Shown here: one piece after another, positions 1-8,000 of the stretch
How the letters are laid out: every line of letters starts with the position of its first letter
Position numbering within the stretch: the stretch's first letter is position 1
Origin: a virus
Virus genome (UHGV): UHGV-1599518
Reading direction: 5' to 3' (one strand)
DNA: 19,234 bases
Position numbers and translations under genes: made by a program
Notes under the pieces: model-generated
What the model was told of the DNA's origin: nothing
What the model saw: only the letters and a program-made list of their open reading frames with translations
Database searches by the model: none

Positions 1-238
1 TTACCATTCCACGCTCCGTCAGCAGCATGGTGTCTGCGGTAACACATTTCCCCGCGCTTGGTGGCCCGAATACTTCGACGATACGACCACATGGGAAGCC
101 GCCATCGTAACGACCAGAAATAGCTTTGTTTAACGGTGGAAAGCCTGTATCAATCCAATGAGTTACTTTCTGAATTTCGTCGTTGCTACCGATTTTCTTT
201 TTCAGAGCAAGTGCCAGTGCGGATTTTCCTTTTGCCAT
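1..238 (-). CDS. RecA/UvsX-like recombinase, N-terminal 79 codons only (gene runs off the left window edge)
   Basis: Minus-strand translation from ATG 238..236 (SD AAGGAG ~8 nt upstream) gives MAKGKSALALALKKKIGSNDEIQKVTHWIDTGFPPLNKAISGRYDGGFPCGRIVEVFGPPSAGKCVTADTMLLTERGMV. GGFPCGRIVEVFGPPSAGK matches the RecA N-terminal/Walker A block (E. coli RecA [20 protein letters not shown], recalled from memory). Absent from the ORF track only because it has no in-window stop. Confidence 0.8.
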   Translation of the reverse strand, partial: MAKGKSALALALKKKIGSNDEIQKVTHWIDTGFPPLNKAISGRYDGGFPCGRIVEVFGPPSAGKCVTADTMLLTERGMV

Positions 239-240
239 GA

Positions 241-507
241 TCAGGCTCCTTTTGTTTCGTTGATTCGTTTTAAAGCGGCGGATTCATCGAATACAATCGC
301 ATCGTGGTTAAGGAGTCTGGATACACGAGCGAGGATTTTTACGACCTGCTCGCTGACTAATCCAAACTCGCGATCTGTCGCTTTCATTCCGGCAGCGCCT
401 AGAATTGACGGCAGTGCGATGACAGCGTACTCACCGTGATAAAAGACAATCTCTTTTGCCAGTTGGGCAGGGGTGGTTGTAGCGCCATTGATAATCGATT
501 TAAGCAT
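241..507 (-). CDS. hypothetical small protein (~88 aa), translationally coupled between exonuclease and recombinase genes
   Basis: ORF-track ORF 241..513; the in-frame ATG at 507..505 overlaps the upstream gene stop (TAATG), and its TGA stop lies 2 nt before the recombinase ATG. No motif recognised. Confidence 0.45.
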   Translation of the reverse strand: MLKSIINGATTTPAQLAKEIVFYHGEYAVIALPSILGAAGMKATDREFGLVSEQVVKILARVSRLLNHDAIVFDESAALKRINETKGA

Positions 508-1451
508 TAGCAATACCTTTCGAATGGAAGAACAAACACTTCAAGGTCTTCAAGGAACGAACGGAAATTCAGCTCGTAGCACAGTTGCTCGAATGCTTTC
601 ACGTCACGATTGCCTTTGATTGTTTCGATTTCGGTAGGCGGAAACTTCGTCTCAATCAGGTTCATTAGCGTGATGTTTCTCTTGAACGCTTCGAGCATTC
701 GACAGCCTGTTTTCTCGTTGAAGGCATTCTTCGCTAGTTTGTTGAAGGCGGTCTTATGGCGTCCTTTGTCAACCACGATTGAGCCGTCGTTGATGCCGCG
801 TACCATCGTTGCGACACTTCCCCATTCATGCAGCAGCTCTTTCGCACCGCCAGCACCAATGCCACCAACACCGCTAATGTTGTCCGATTTATCGCCTTGT
901 AATGCTTTTGCTTCCAAAAATGCGCGAGGAGTAGCGAATCCTGTCAGCTCCGCAAATTGCTCAAAATTAACCTGCTTGTTTTTGGCGTCTTCGCGCAGGC
1001 TTACCCAGCTTACGTTTTCGCGAACTAACTGAAGCCAGTCGCTATCGCCTGTTAACAGATAGATGTGTTCAACGGTTGGCTGCGGTGCCATGCGGGATAC
1101 CAGCAGCCCGGCCAGATCATCCGCTTCTGCATCTTTTGCAATGAGTTGGGTAACTCCAAGCGCGGTCATCATTTTGAGGATGTATGGCTTCTGGATAGCA
1201 AAGCCTTCCTTCATCTTTTTCATATCAGGATCGTCGTCGCGATTTGCTTTGTAGTCCGGGTAAAAGTCGCGACGCTTGTCACTAAATCCATCCCAAAGAA
1301 TCATAGGTCGGGCATGGAGGATGGAGGCATAACGACGGACGTTCTTAACAAAGCCGAAAGCAGCCTGTACTTCCATTTCGCCGTTGTGCAATTTGTCAGA
1401 TTGTTGGTGGTAATAACCCAGGCTATTGCCATCTACGAAGAGATAATTCAC
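507..1451 (-). CDS. 5'-3' exonuclease / flap endonuclease (Pol I 5'-nuclease family)
   Basis: Translation contains NYLFVDGNSLGYY, EADDLAGLLV, LLTGDSDWLQLV and GDKSDNISGVGGIGAGGAKELL, the conserved blocks of bacterial/phage 5' nucleases. Start placed at GTG 1451..1449 (SD GGAAGG 9 nt upstream) rather than the track's GTG at 1502, because an intrinsic terminator occupies 1466..1496. Confidence 0.8.
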   Translation of the reverse strand: MNYLFVDGNSLGYYHQQSDKLHNGEMEVQAAFGFVKNVRRYASILHARPMILWDGFSDKRRDFYPDYKANRDDDPDMKKMKEGFAIQKPYILKMMTALGVTQLIAKDAEADDLAGLLVSRMAPQPTVEHIYLLTGDSDWLQLVRENVSWVSLREDAKNKQVNFEQFAELTGFATPRAFLEAKALQGDKSDNISGVGGIGAGGAKELLHEWGSVATMVRGINDGSIVVDKGRHKTAFNKLAKNAFNEKTGCRMLEAFKRNITLMNLIETKFPPTEIETIKGNRDVKAFEQLCYELNFRSFLEDLEVFVLPFERYC

Positions 1452-1465
1452 CGGTACATTCCTTC

Positions 1466-1496
1466 CAAAAAGTAAGGCGTCCGTAGACGCCTTACT
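1466..1496 (-). terminator. Rho-independent terminator downstream of the SSB gene
   Basis: On the minus strand, 15 nt after the SSB stop: perfect 11-bp stem AGTAAGGCGTC / GACGCCTTACT with loop TACG, followed by TTTTG. Confidence 0.55.
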
Positions 1497-1511
1497 GGTC
1501 ACGTAATGGGA

Positions 1512-2540
1512 TTACAGAGAGTCCAGCTCTCTCAGTAGGTCATCCAGACCTTCATCTTCCGTCGCAGATGCGGTTGCTACAGATGTCGCTGCGACTGCTT
1601 CAGACTCTTTGACTGATACGGCAACGGCAGCGGAGCTTGCTTCTGGTTTAAATTCAGTTTCAACGGCACGGAGGATTTCTTCATCAACCAGACTGGTTGG
1701 TTCAGAAGCCGGTGTGTGCGCGGTTGCTACAGCCGTCGCACCTTCTGTATGACCAGTGACAGAGCCAAATCCAGGTAGTGCCGCAGCCGATGTTTTCGCG
1801 GTTGAGGAAATTGCTGGTGCAGATGCTGCGGCAGTTGGTGCAGCGATGCCAATCAGACGACCCATAGTGCGAACTGTCGACAGAAGACGAGTTTCATCAG
1901 CCTGATTTGCGTATGCGATCAGATCATGCTGGGTGTTCCAGAATTTATCTTCGATATCGCCTTTGTAGACTTTACGCTTAGGCGAGACGTCATATTTGGT
2001 ATCGCGACCAGAGCCAGTACGTTTAATCAGGAATGCGTAGCCTTCCTCTTTGCTCAGTGGATTGCCGATATCATCAGCGATGTCTTCGGTGATTGCTTTG
2101 CAGATATCATCGAATACAGTAGACGGCAGCTCGATTAACTGGCATTTCTCAGCATCTGCGAAATCCTCACGAGCAGAAAGAATGCCGTTGACCAGGTAGC
2201 GAGGAGTGGCACGCATTTGACCGATGCGTTCTTCCATTGCTTTGTTACCCTTGTGACGAGCGCGACCTTCCATAACCATTTCGCATAGCTGACAAGCGCG
2301 ACCGTGAGTATGTTGCTCACAAATATAAGCGTTGGTTGCTTCTTTACCTTCCTCGTTCTGATACTTAACGTAGTGCATACCGAAAGTCTGGAAGAACTTA
2401 CCGTTTGGGTCGTCTTTATTCGGGAAGATGCGGATATAGTTGACGCCGTCTTTTAAGCGAGTCAGATCAACGTTGTTGCCACGTTTGGCGGCAATGTCTT
2501 CACGAGTTTTGTTAAGCAAATCAAGTAATGTCTTAGACAT
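1512..2540 (-). CDS. ssDNA-binding protein, phage T4 gp32-like
   Basis: ATG at 2540 with SD AAGGAG. N-terminal region IRIFPNKDD...CEQHTHGRACQLC has the gp32-like Cys/His zinc-site pattern, followed by a long Ala/Ser/Thr-rich linker and an acidic tail EDEGLDDLLRELDSL resembling the T4 gp32 C-terminus (from memory). Confidence 0.8.
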   Translation of the reverse strand: MSKTLLDLLNKTREDIAAKRGNNVDLTRLKDGVNYIRIFPNKDDPNGKFFQTFGMHYVKYQNEEGKEATNAYICEQHTHGRACQLCEMVMEGRARHKGNKAMEERIGQMRATPRYLVNGILSAREDFADAEKCQLIELPSTVFDDICKAITEDIADDIGNPLSKEEGYAFLIKRTGSGRDTKYDVSPKRKVYKGDIEDKFWNTQHDLIAYANQADETRLLSTVRTMGRLIGIAAPTAAASAPAISSTAKTSAAALPGFGSVTGHTEGATAVATAHTPASEPTSLVDEEILRAVETEFKPEASSAAVAVSVKESEAVAATSVATASATEDEGLDDLLRELDSL

Positions 2541-2657
2541 GTGTTTCTCCTTGTTGTGATTTGGCCGATGGCGCTATGCGCGTTGGGCTTTCGTTCATTC
2601 GTGGCTCTTTCGAGCTGTTAAATGATAGATCAGTACTTACTTATTATCTATCAAAAA

Positions 2658-3089
2658 TCAACGGGGAGTAATAAAGCGTTCAGAGCCTAATCGCTCTAAT
2701 TCAACGATGGCCATCTTTGACGCCTGAACGATCATGTCTCGGCGATGCGAAAAGGCGGCGACAGCATGTTTGTATATGTCTGCGATGTGCCGTGCTTCAT
2801 CCAACTTCTGCCGTTTAGACAGATACTGTGGGTTTGTTTTAACCTTAGCGTCCAGTACAGACTCGTTGAACTTAATGCCGTTCATACTCAAGTTCTTACG
2901 CTCTGTGTCGTATAGCTTTGCTTCAACAGCTTCAAGGTTAAGTTTTGCCTCTGCGACATCTCGATCTGCCTGCGCTAGTTTTGACCCATACTCCATTAAA
3001 AGCCGTGGCTGTTTACGCCATACTTCCTCAAGGTTGTCGCGGTCGAACTCCAGATCGGCCATGATTTTAGAAAAAATATCAGTGTTCAC
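2658..3089 (-). CDS. hypothetical coiled-coil protein, possible UvsY-like recombination mediator
   Basis: 143-aa ORF at the head of the minus-strand operon (GTG 3089, SD AGGAA upstream). Size, charge pattern and context (with UvsX-like and gp32-like genes) are reminiscent of T4 UvsY; the similarity is weak and recalled from memory. Confidence 0.5.
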   Translation of the reverse strand: MNTDIFSKIMADLEFDRDNLEEVWRKQPRLLMEYGSKLAQADRDVAEAKLNLEAVEAKLYDTERKNLSMNGIKFNESVLDAKVKTNPQYLSKRQKLDEARHIADIYKHAVAAFSHRRDMIVQASKMAIVELERLGSERFITPR

Positions 3090-3122
3090 TCTAATAGGTT
3101 CCTACTTATAAAATCTGTATCA

Positions 3123-3131
3123 ATTATATCA
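3123..3131 (-). promoter_or_regulatory. candidate extended -10 promoter (TGATATAAT) for the minus-strand replication operon
   Basis: Minus-strand TGATATAAT matches TGnTATAAT exactly, ~35 nt upstream of the 2658..3089 start codon. No good -35. Confidence 0.3.
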
Positions 3132-3297
3132 AACAGAGAATGGGTTTATGGCGTCATGTCAACTTTGTTCAGGGGAAAATATTGAGATCACCGAAGATAA
3201 TTAGTTGTCTTATTTTGGTAAGCTGTGCTGACCATCTTTAGGTCACATACATGAGATGGATGGGGGTGTGGCATGAACGGATGAAATTCAGTCGCCG

Positions 3298-3326
3298 TTG
3301 ACAGATGTCAACACTGTGAATAGAAT
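3298..3326 (+). promoter_or_regulatory. sigma70-like promoter with palindromic -35
   Basis: TTGACA (3298..3303), 17-bp spacer, TAGAAT (3321..3326), then GGAGG and ATG at 3344. The -35 lies in the palindrome TTGACAgaTGTCAA, a possible operator. Confidence 0.5.
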
Positions 3327-3343
3327 ACTATTATCGGAGGCGA

Positions 3344-3568
3344 ATGAAGCAACATCCGAATAAGCATATTCAAGCAGCCATTGACTATGCATTAAGTAAA
3401 GGCTGGATCTGGGTAGCAGCTGGTGGTGCTGCACATTGTTTTTGCAGACTGCGATGCGGTAATCCAGAAGGTGAACACAAAACTCACCAAATGAGCGTAT
3501 GGTCGACTCCGGGTAATCCCGAAAACCATGCCAAACAGATCAAACGAATGGTTGATCGTTGTAAATGA
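3344..3568 (+). CDS. small Cys/His-rich protein (74 aa), possible HicA-like fold
   Basis: ATG 3344 after GGAGG. The pattern GW-x7-GxxHxF ... P ... IKRMV loosely matches the HicA/YcfA toxin family layout (from memory); four Cys and several His could equally mean a zinc-binding protein. Confidence 0.6.
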   Translation: MKQHPNKHIQAAIDYALSKGWIWVAAGGAAHCFCRLRCGNPEGEHKTHQMSVWSTPGNPENHAKQIKRMVDRCK

Positions 3569-3572
3569 TTTC

Positions 3573-3594
3573 AAGGCGGCATTAGCCGCCTTTT
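3573..3594 (+). terminator. attenuator-like hairpin between the two genes of the module
   Basis: 8-bp GC-rich stem AAGGCGGC / GCCGCCTT with loop ATTA, followed by TT-GCAG; the U-tract is short, so at most partial termination. Confidence 0.3.
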
Positions 3595-3628
3595 GCAGAA
3601 ACTGTCCAACTATCTTCAAAGGAAAACT

Positions 3629-4192
3629 ATGGCGCTTTATAACTTCACTCTGACGCTCTCAGGCGTATCGTATGAGACGGAAGGACTGGAAGACGCGCTG
3701 TACCAAAACGGCTGTGACGATGCGCTAATTTGCGCATATGGAAACTCCGTCTATGTAGAATTTGACCGCGAAGCACAATCACTTGATGCAGCTATCGCAT
3801 CTGCGGTCGACAATATTGAATCAGCCGGTATCGGTGCAATTGTTGAATCCGTCGACTCGGCTCTTGTGGGCTTAAGCGATATCGCGGAACTGACAGACCT
3901 GTCTCGCCAGGCAGTGGCGTTGCTCAAAGACGGTAAGCGCGGAAGCGGCGACTTCCCTTGCCCTGTACAACGCATAAAAGGCCAGTCTCCTCTCTGGGAT
4001 TGGGCTGATGTGGCTGAATGGCTCATGAATAACGGACGACTTAAAGAGGGCGATCAAATTGTCCAAAATGCCCGAACTTTGAGTAAATGGAATCTGGCGC
4101 TTCGAAACAGCGTCTCGAAAGATTTCAACGAAATAGAGCAAATTGCGGAGAAACTGATTAAACGCCGCAAAGATATTGCGAAATGCGCATAA
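3629..4192 (+). CDS. DNA-binding protein with central helix-turn-helix (candidate antitoxin/regulator)
   Basis: ATG 3629 with SD AAGGA 5 nt upstream (the track start at 3593 is TTG and overlaps the hairpin). N-terminal ~90-aa domain, HTH-like segment IAELTDLSRQAVALLKDGKRG, then a basic C-terminal extension. Confidence 0.65.
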   Translation: MALYNFTLTLSGVSYETEGLEDALYQNGCDDALICAYGNSVYVEFDREAQSLDAAIASAVDNIESAGIGAIVESVDSALVGLSDIAELTDLSRQAVALLKDGKRGSGDFPCPVQRIKGQSPLWDWADVAEWLMNNGRLKEGDQIVQNARTLSKWNLALRNSVSKDFNEIEQIAEKLIKRRKDIAKCA

Positions 4193-4193
4193 T

Positions 4194-4226
4194 GATGCCC
4201 GCCAATTGGCGGGCATCTGTTCTCTG
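4194..4226 (+). terminator. Rho-independent terminator (perfect 24-bp palindrome)
   Basis: GATGCCCGCCAA|TTGGCGGGCATC immediately after the stop codon, followed by TGTTCTCTG. Confidence 0.5.
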
Positions 4227-4308
4227 TAAAGGTGTCTGGCATCGTCTGGTTCGTTAACGTTTACTAAACCAATGGTGACAAAAATTAGTTATCTTTGAAA
4301 AATAAAGG

Positions 4309-4521
4309 TTGCATGAAAAGAAGGGGTATGCGTTAATAGCATCGTTGGTTTGCAAGACAGACCTTATGTAAGCAGTTTTAGTAAAGCAGTCTCAGTTCAG
4401 TGTTATCTTCTGATTTCCCTTCTTCGTGAGTCTCCTCCTTAAGTGCCTAAGTAAGTCCCAATCTATACAGATCAAATTCTCGCCGCACTATGTGGCTCAC
4501 AAAATTAAGAAGGTAATATCT
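4309..4521 (+). promoter_or_regulatory. cspA-type promoter (TTGCAT-17-GTTAAT with upstream AT-rich UP-like element) and long 5' UTR
   Basis: TTGCAT at 4309..4314 and GTTAAT at 4332..4337; ~180-nt leader with segments resembling the E. coli cspA leader (cold-box-like TTGCAAGACAGACC, AAGTAAGTCCCAATC; from memory). Confidence 0.55.
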
Positions 4522-4737
4522 ATGTCTAATAAAATGACTGGTTTAGTAAAATGGTTTAACTCTGATAAAGGCTTTGGCTTTATTTCTCCTGCTGATGGCA
4601 GTAAAGATGTTTTTGTACATTTTTCGGCAATTCAGAGTAATAATTTCCGCACTTTGGAAGAAGGCCAGCAGGTCGAATTCTCTATCGAGAATGGGGCTAA
4701 AGGCCCAGCAGCAGCAAATGTCGTTGCTCTAAGCTGA
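4522..4737 (+). CDS. cold-shock protein, CspA family
   Basis: [38 protein letters not shown]...[10 protein letters not shown] contains the RNP1/RNP2 motifs of CspA-family proteins. The ORF-track ORF starts upstream at 4426; the conserved start is the ATG at 4522. Confidence 0.95.
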   Translation: MSNKMTGLVKWFNSDKGFGFISPADGSKDVFVHFSAIQSNNFRTLEEGQQVEFSIENGAKGPAAANVVALS

Positions 4738-5012
4738 TTCAACGCTGATGATCCTCATTTCTACAATAACGAAGACGGTGTAAGCCTGAGTGGATAGATT
4801 TGTAGGATTGTACAAGTTGAATAAATTAGCATGGTAAGGCCATGCTAATTAAATCGACACAACGGCCAGTTTATTCCATAAAAGTGAATTGCCCATTGTG
4901 GCGAAATGCGGGGTTGCCGCATGAATAGTCAAAGGCAGAAGCTAACTGCCGGCATGGCAAAACAAAGTGCGTAAGAGGAGTGACTTCCTCAACAAGCGCC
5001 ATAATTCTTTAT

Positions 5013-5035
5013 AAACCCGCCAACAGGCGGGTTTT
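5013..5035. terminator. bidirectional Rho-independent terminator between the convergent csp and dnaE-like genes
   Basis: Stem AAACCCGCC / GGCGGGTTT with loop AACA, flanked by T-runs on both strands. Confidence 0.6.
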
Positions 5036-5040
5036 CTTTA

Positions 5041-8000
5041 TTACTTATTTATTGTCTCCGCGATATCAGCCAGAATGGCCTCCAGTCGCTCTCCTTCTTC
5101 CGGTCGGAAGTACAGGATATTCGGGTTAAATCCGTAGAAGACGGTTGCATCAAGCTCTGGGAAGTACTCCTTACAACCAATCAGATCTGATGGTTTACTC
5201 TTATTGTTAAATAGTGCGGTTGAACGACTACCACACGTCAAAATGTAGGTTGGTCGTACAAGATTAATTTCTTCCCGCATAAAGTCTGTGAACTGGCCTA
5301 TCTCGTCTTTGGTATAGTCTTTCTCTTTGTCCTTAACCTTCTTACAAACACCCGTGACATAAAGATCGCCCATGCGCAGATCTCCAACTGTCAGTAGTTT
5401 TGCCTTAAAGTCGTCGTATCCGTTCTCCATGAAGTAGCCGGTACGAGCGTCATTGCCGTTCGCATTGTCCAGAATGATCATGATTTTGGGTTTAATACCA
5501 ATAGTCGGGCGTATCAACTCCTCACCCAAGCCCATTTCAGCCGCCATACGTGTCATGAGTACGTTGATTTCGGCAGAACGCTTAGGATTCATTTCGAACG
5601 GACGTGATGCTTTAACAGCGTCAATGATGAGATTGCCCATCAGCTCAGCCTGGTCGCGCAGTCGTTCAGGATCAGTTGCTGGCAGACTGCCTGGCTCAAT
5701 TGACGCAAAAGCCCCTACTTTATGAAGCGACTCGCGTACACGACTGTTACATGCACGCTTCTCGACCGCTTCATCGAATTGTGCCACTGACTCGAATTTG
5801 CCACCAACTTTCTCACGCGCACGCATAATTGCCTGACAACCATTTTCAGAACAGCCTTTCACAGCAGAGAATGGCGCATACAGTGCCTGACTGCCGTCTT
5901 CGAGTGTGCGGATCTCAATTCGGTTAGATGACACATTAACGTCTGGTGGCAATACGCGAATGCCATAGGTCAGCGCATCCTTCACCAGCCCCTGATGCTT
6001 ATCCTCGCCCAGAATGGTGAGCGCAGCTGCGAAGAACTCAGCAGGGTAGTGCGTCTTTAGCCACATAGACTGATAACTGATTAAAGAATAAGCAACGGAG
6101 TGTGATTTATTGAACTGATAGGCTCCGTTTTTCTCAAATGCAGTCCATATCTCTTTTGCCTTCGTCTCAGACAGACCTGGATGTGACGTTGTAACGCGCA
6201 CAACTGGCATTGGCAGCTTCACTCCATGCTCCAACGCCTCTTCAACTGTCCTCAGAGTACCGTCCTCGCATTTAAAATGTTCTGCGCGATGAATCCGTTG
6301 TATTGCGCCATTTTCAAGCTCTACGTCGATCCACCCAGCTTGAGCCTGAATGACAAATTTCTCACCCATGCTCCTCATCTTTTCCATGTTCTTCTTACCG
6401 ATTGCTGAACGCACACCATCCGCCTCGGCCATTGTGAAACCAGCAAGAAGCCTTGTTGCGTTCATCGTTTGTTCCTGATAGAGAATCACTCCATTTGTTT
6501 CAGAGGTCAGTTCATCCAAGACAGGATGTAGTGATGTAGGCGTCATAAATCCTTTCGCAACGGAAACATAGTCATCCAACATGCCGGATTGAATCGGTCC
6601 CGGTCGGAAGAGGGCGGTAGTTGCGACAACGGTTTTGAAACTCATTGGCTCGATGCCACCGCCCAGATCTTTAAGCAGCTTACGCATGGGGCCGGACTCC
6701 AGCTGGAATACGCCCTGCGTGTACCCTGCAGCGAACCCATCCAGAACCTTGCGATCGTCCAGTGGGATAGCGTCGAGATTGATGTCTTCACCGGTACTCT
6801 CTTTGATGTAGCGTTTCGCGCTATCCAGAAGATCGAGTGTTGCCAGACCGAGAACGTCCAACTTAATCAGCCCCATCGCCTCGCAGTAACGTTTATCGAA
6901 CGCAATACATCGAGCATTGCCACGCAGCTCGACGGGCGTGCGCTCTACTAATGGAACGCCAGCGACGATCATCCCCGCAGCGTGACGACCAAAACCACGC
7001 ATCAGGCTTTGCAGCTTACACGCCGCTTTGAACGCTTCCGGGTTTTTCGTGGCGTATTTGTCCAGGCTGGCCAGTTGCTCGCGCAGCTCTTCCAGAGACA
7101 GGCTGTCGTCCTCCATATTCTTGAACTCTTTGGATACCGCCATATCCGCAGCATCGACACCGTAAATACGTGCAGTGTCACGCAGCGCAGATGCCGCGCC
7201 CAGATAGGTGAAGTTCGGAATGCCTGCAACGTAATCTTCGCCGTAGCGTTCATTCAGATACTCGATCACCTCATGGCGACGTGCCTGGCTGAAGTCCAAG
7301 TCCGCATCCGGCAAGTCGAGACGCTCAGGGTTGATGAAACGCTCAAACAGAAGACCGTGACGGATTGGGTCGACGTTGGTTATGCCTATGCACCACGCCA
7401 CCAGAGAACCGGCAGAGGAACCACGACCAGGCCCGACAGGAATGCCAGTTTCACGGCTGTGATTCATCAGATCGCGTACCATCAGGAAGTAACCACAGAA
7501 TCCCAGGCGAGTCAGCGTGTCCATTTCGTACTTTAGCCGCTCAACATAAACCCTGTTCTCAGAAGCAGGTGGTGTGTATCCAAACTCTTTTGTGGTAAGA
7601 CGTTTACGCAGCCCTGCAACAGCCAGTTTCATCAGCGTTGCAGGTTCGTCGTCTGCCATCTTGGGCAGTGCTGGTGGCAATTCATGCCAGCGCCATGTGC
7701 AGGCATCGATAATGGTATCCTGCGTTGTTGAGGCCATTGCAGCTGTTACCGGCACATCCATGCGAACGGAGAAGGCTTTAAGCGCCTCAAGGAGATGGCG
7801 GCGACCATTGACGGCGTTATCTCGCTGGTGGGGGATACGCAGACGATGCGGCTGGTCGATTTTGATGTTGTTCGTAACCATGTGCGCAATGTCTTTAATG
7901 TCTGCATCGTCGATCGATTCGTAATAAGCGGGATAGAACGCCACTGGCTCTATTTTCAATGCGCTGGCGACTTTCATCGCCCGGACGTTAATCTGGTCGT

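Noticed and set aside
1452-1502. GTG start at 1502 for the exonuclease, as in the ORF track
   Set aside because: These codons are occupied by the terminator hairpin and U-tract; the conserved domain begins after the internal GTG at 1451, which has a proper SD.
3593-3628. Upstream extension of the HTH protein ORF to the track start at 3593
   Set aside because: The codon at 3593 is TTG and lies in the hairpin U-tract; the ATG at 3629 has a well-spaced AAGGA and is the more plausible start.
5041-5600. OB-fold / tau-binding C-terminal domain expected in a DnaE protein
   Set aside because: Looked for, but the C-terminal residues show no OB-like pattern and instead align to a UDG-like core; reported as a finding.
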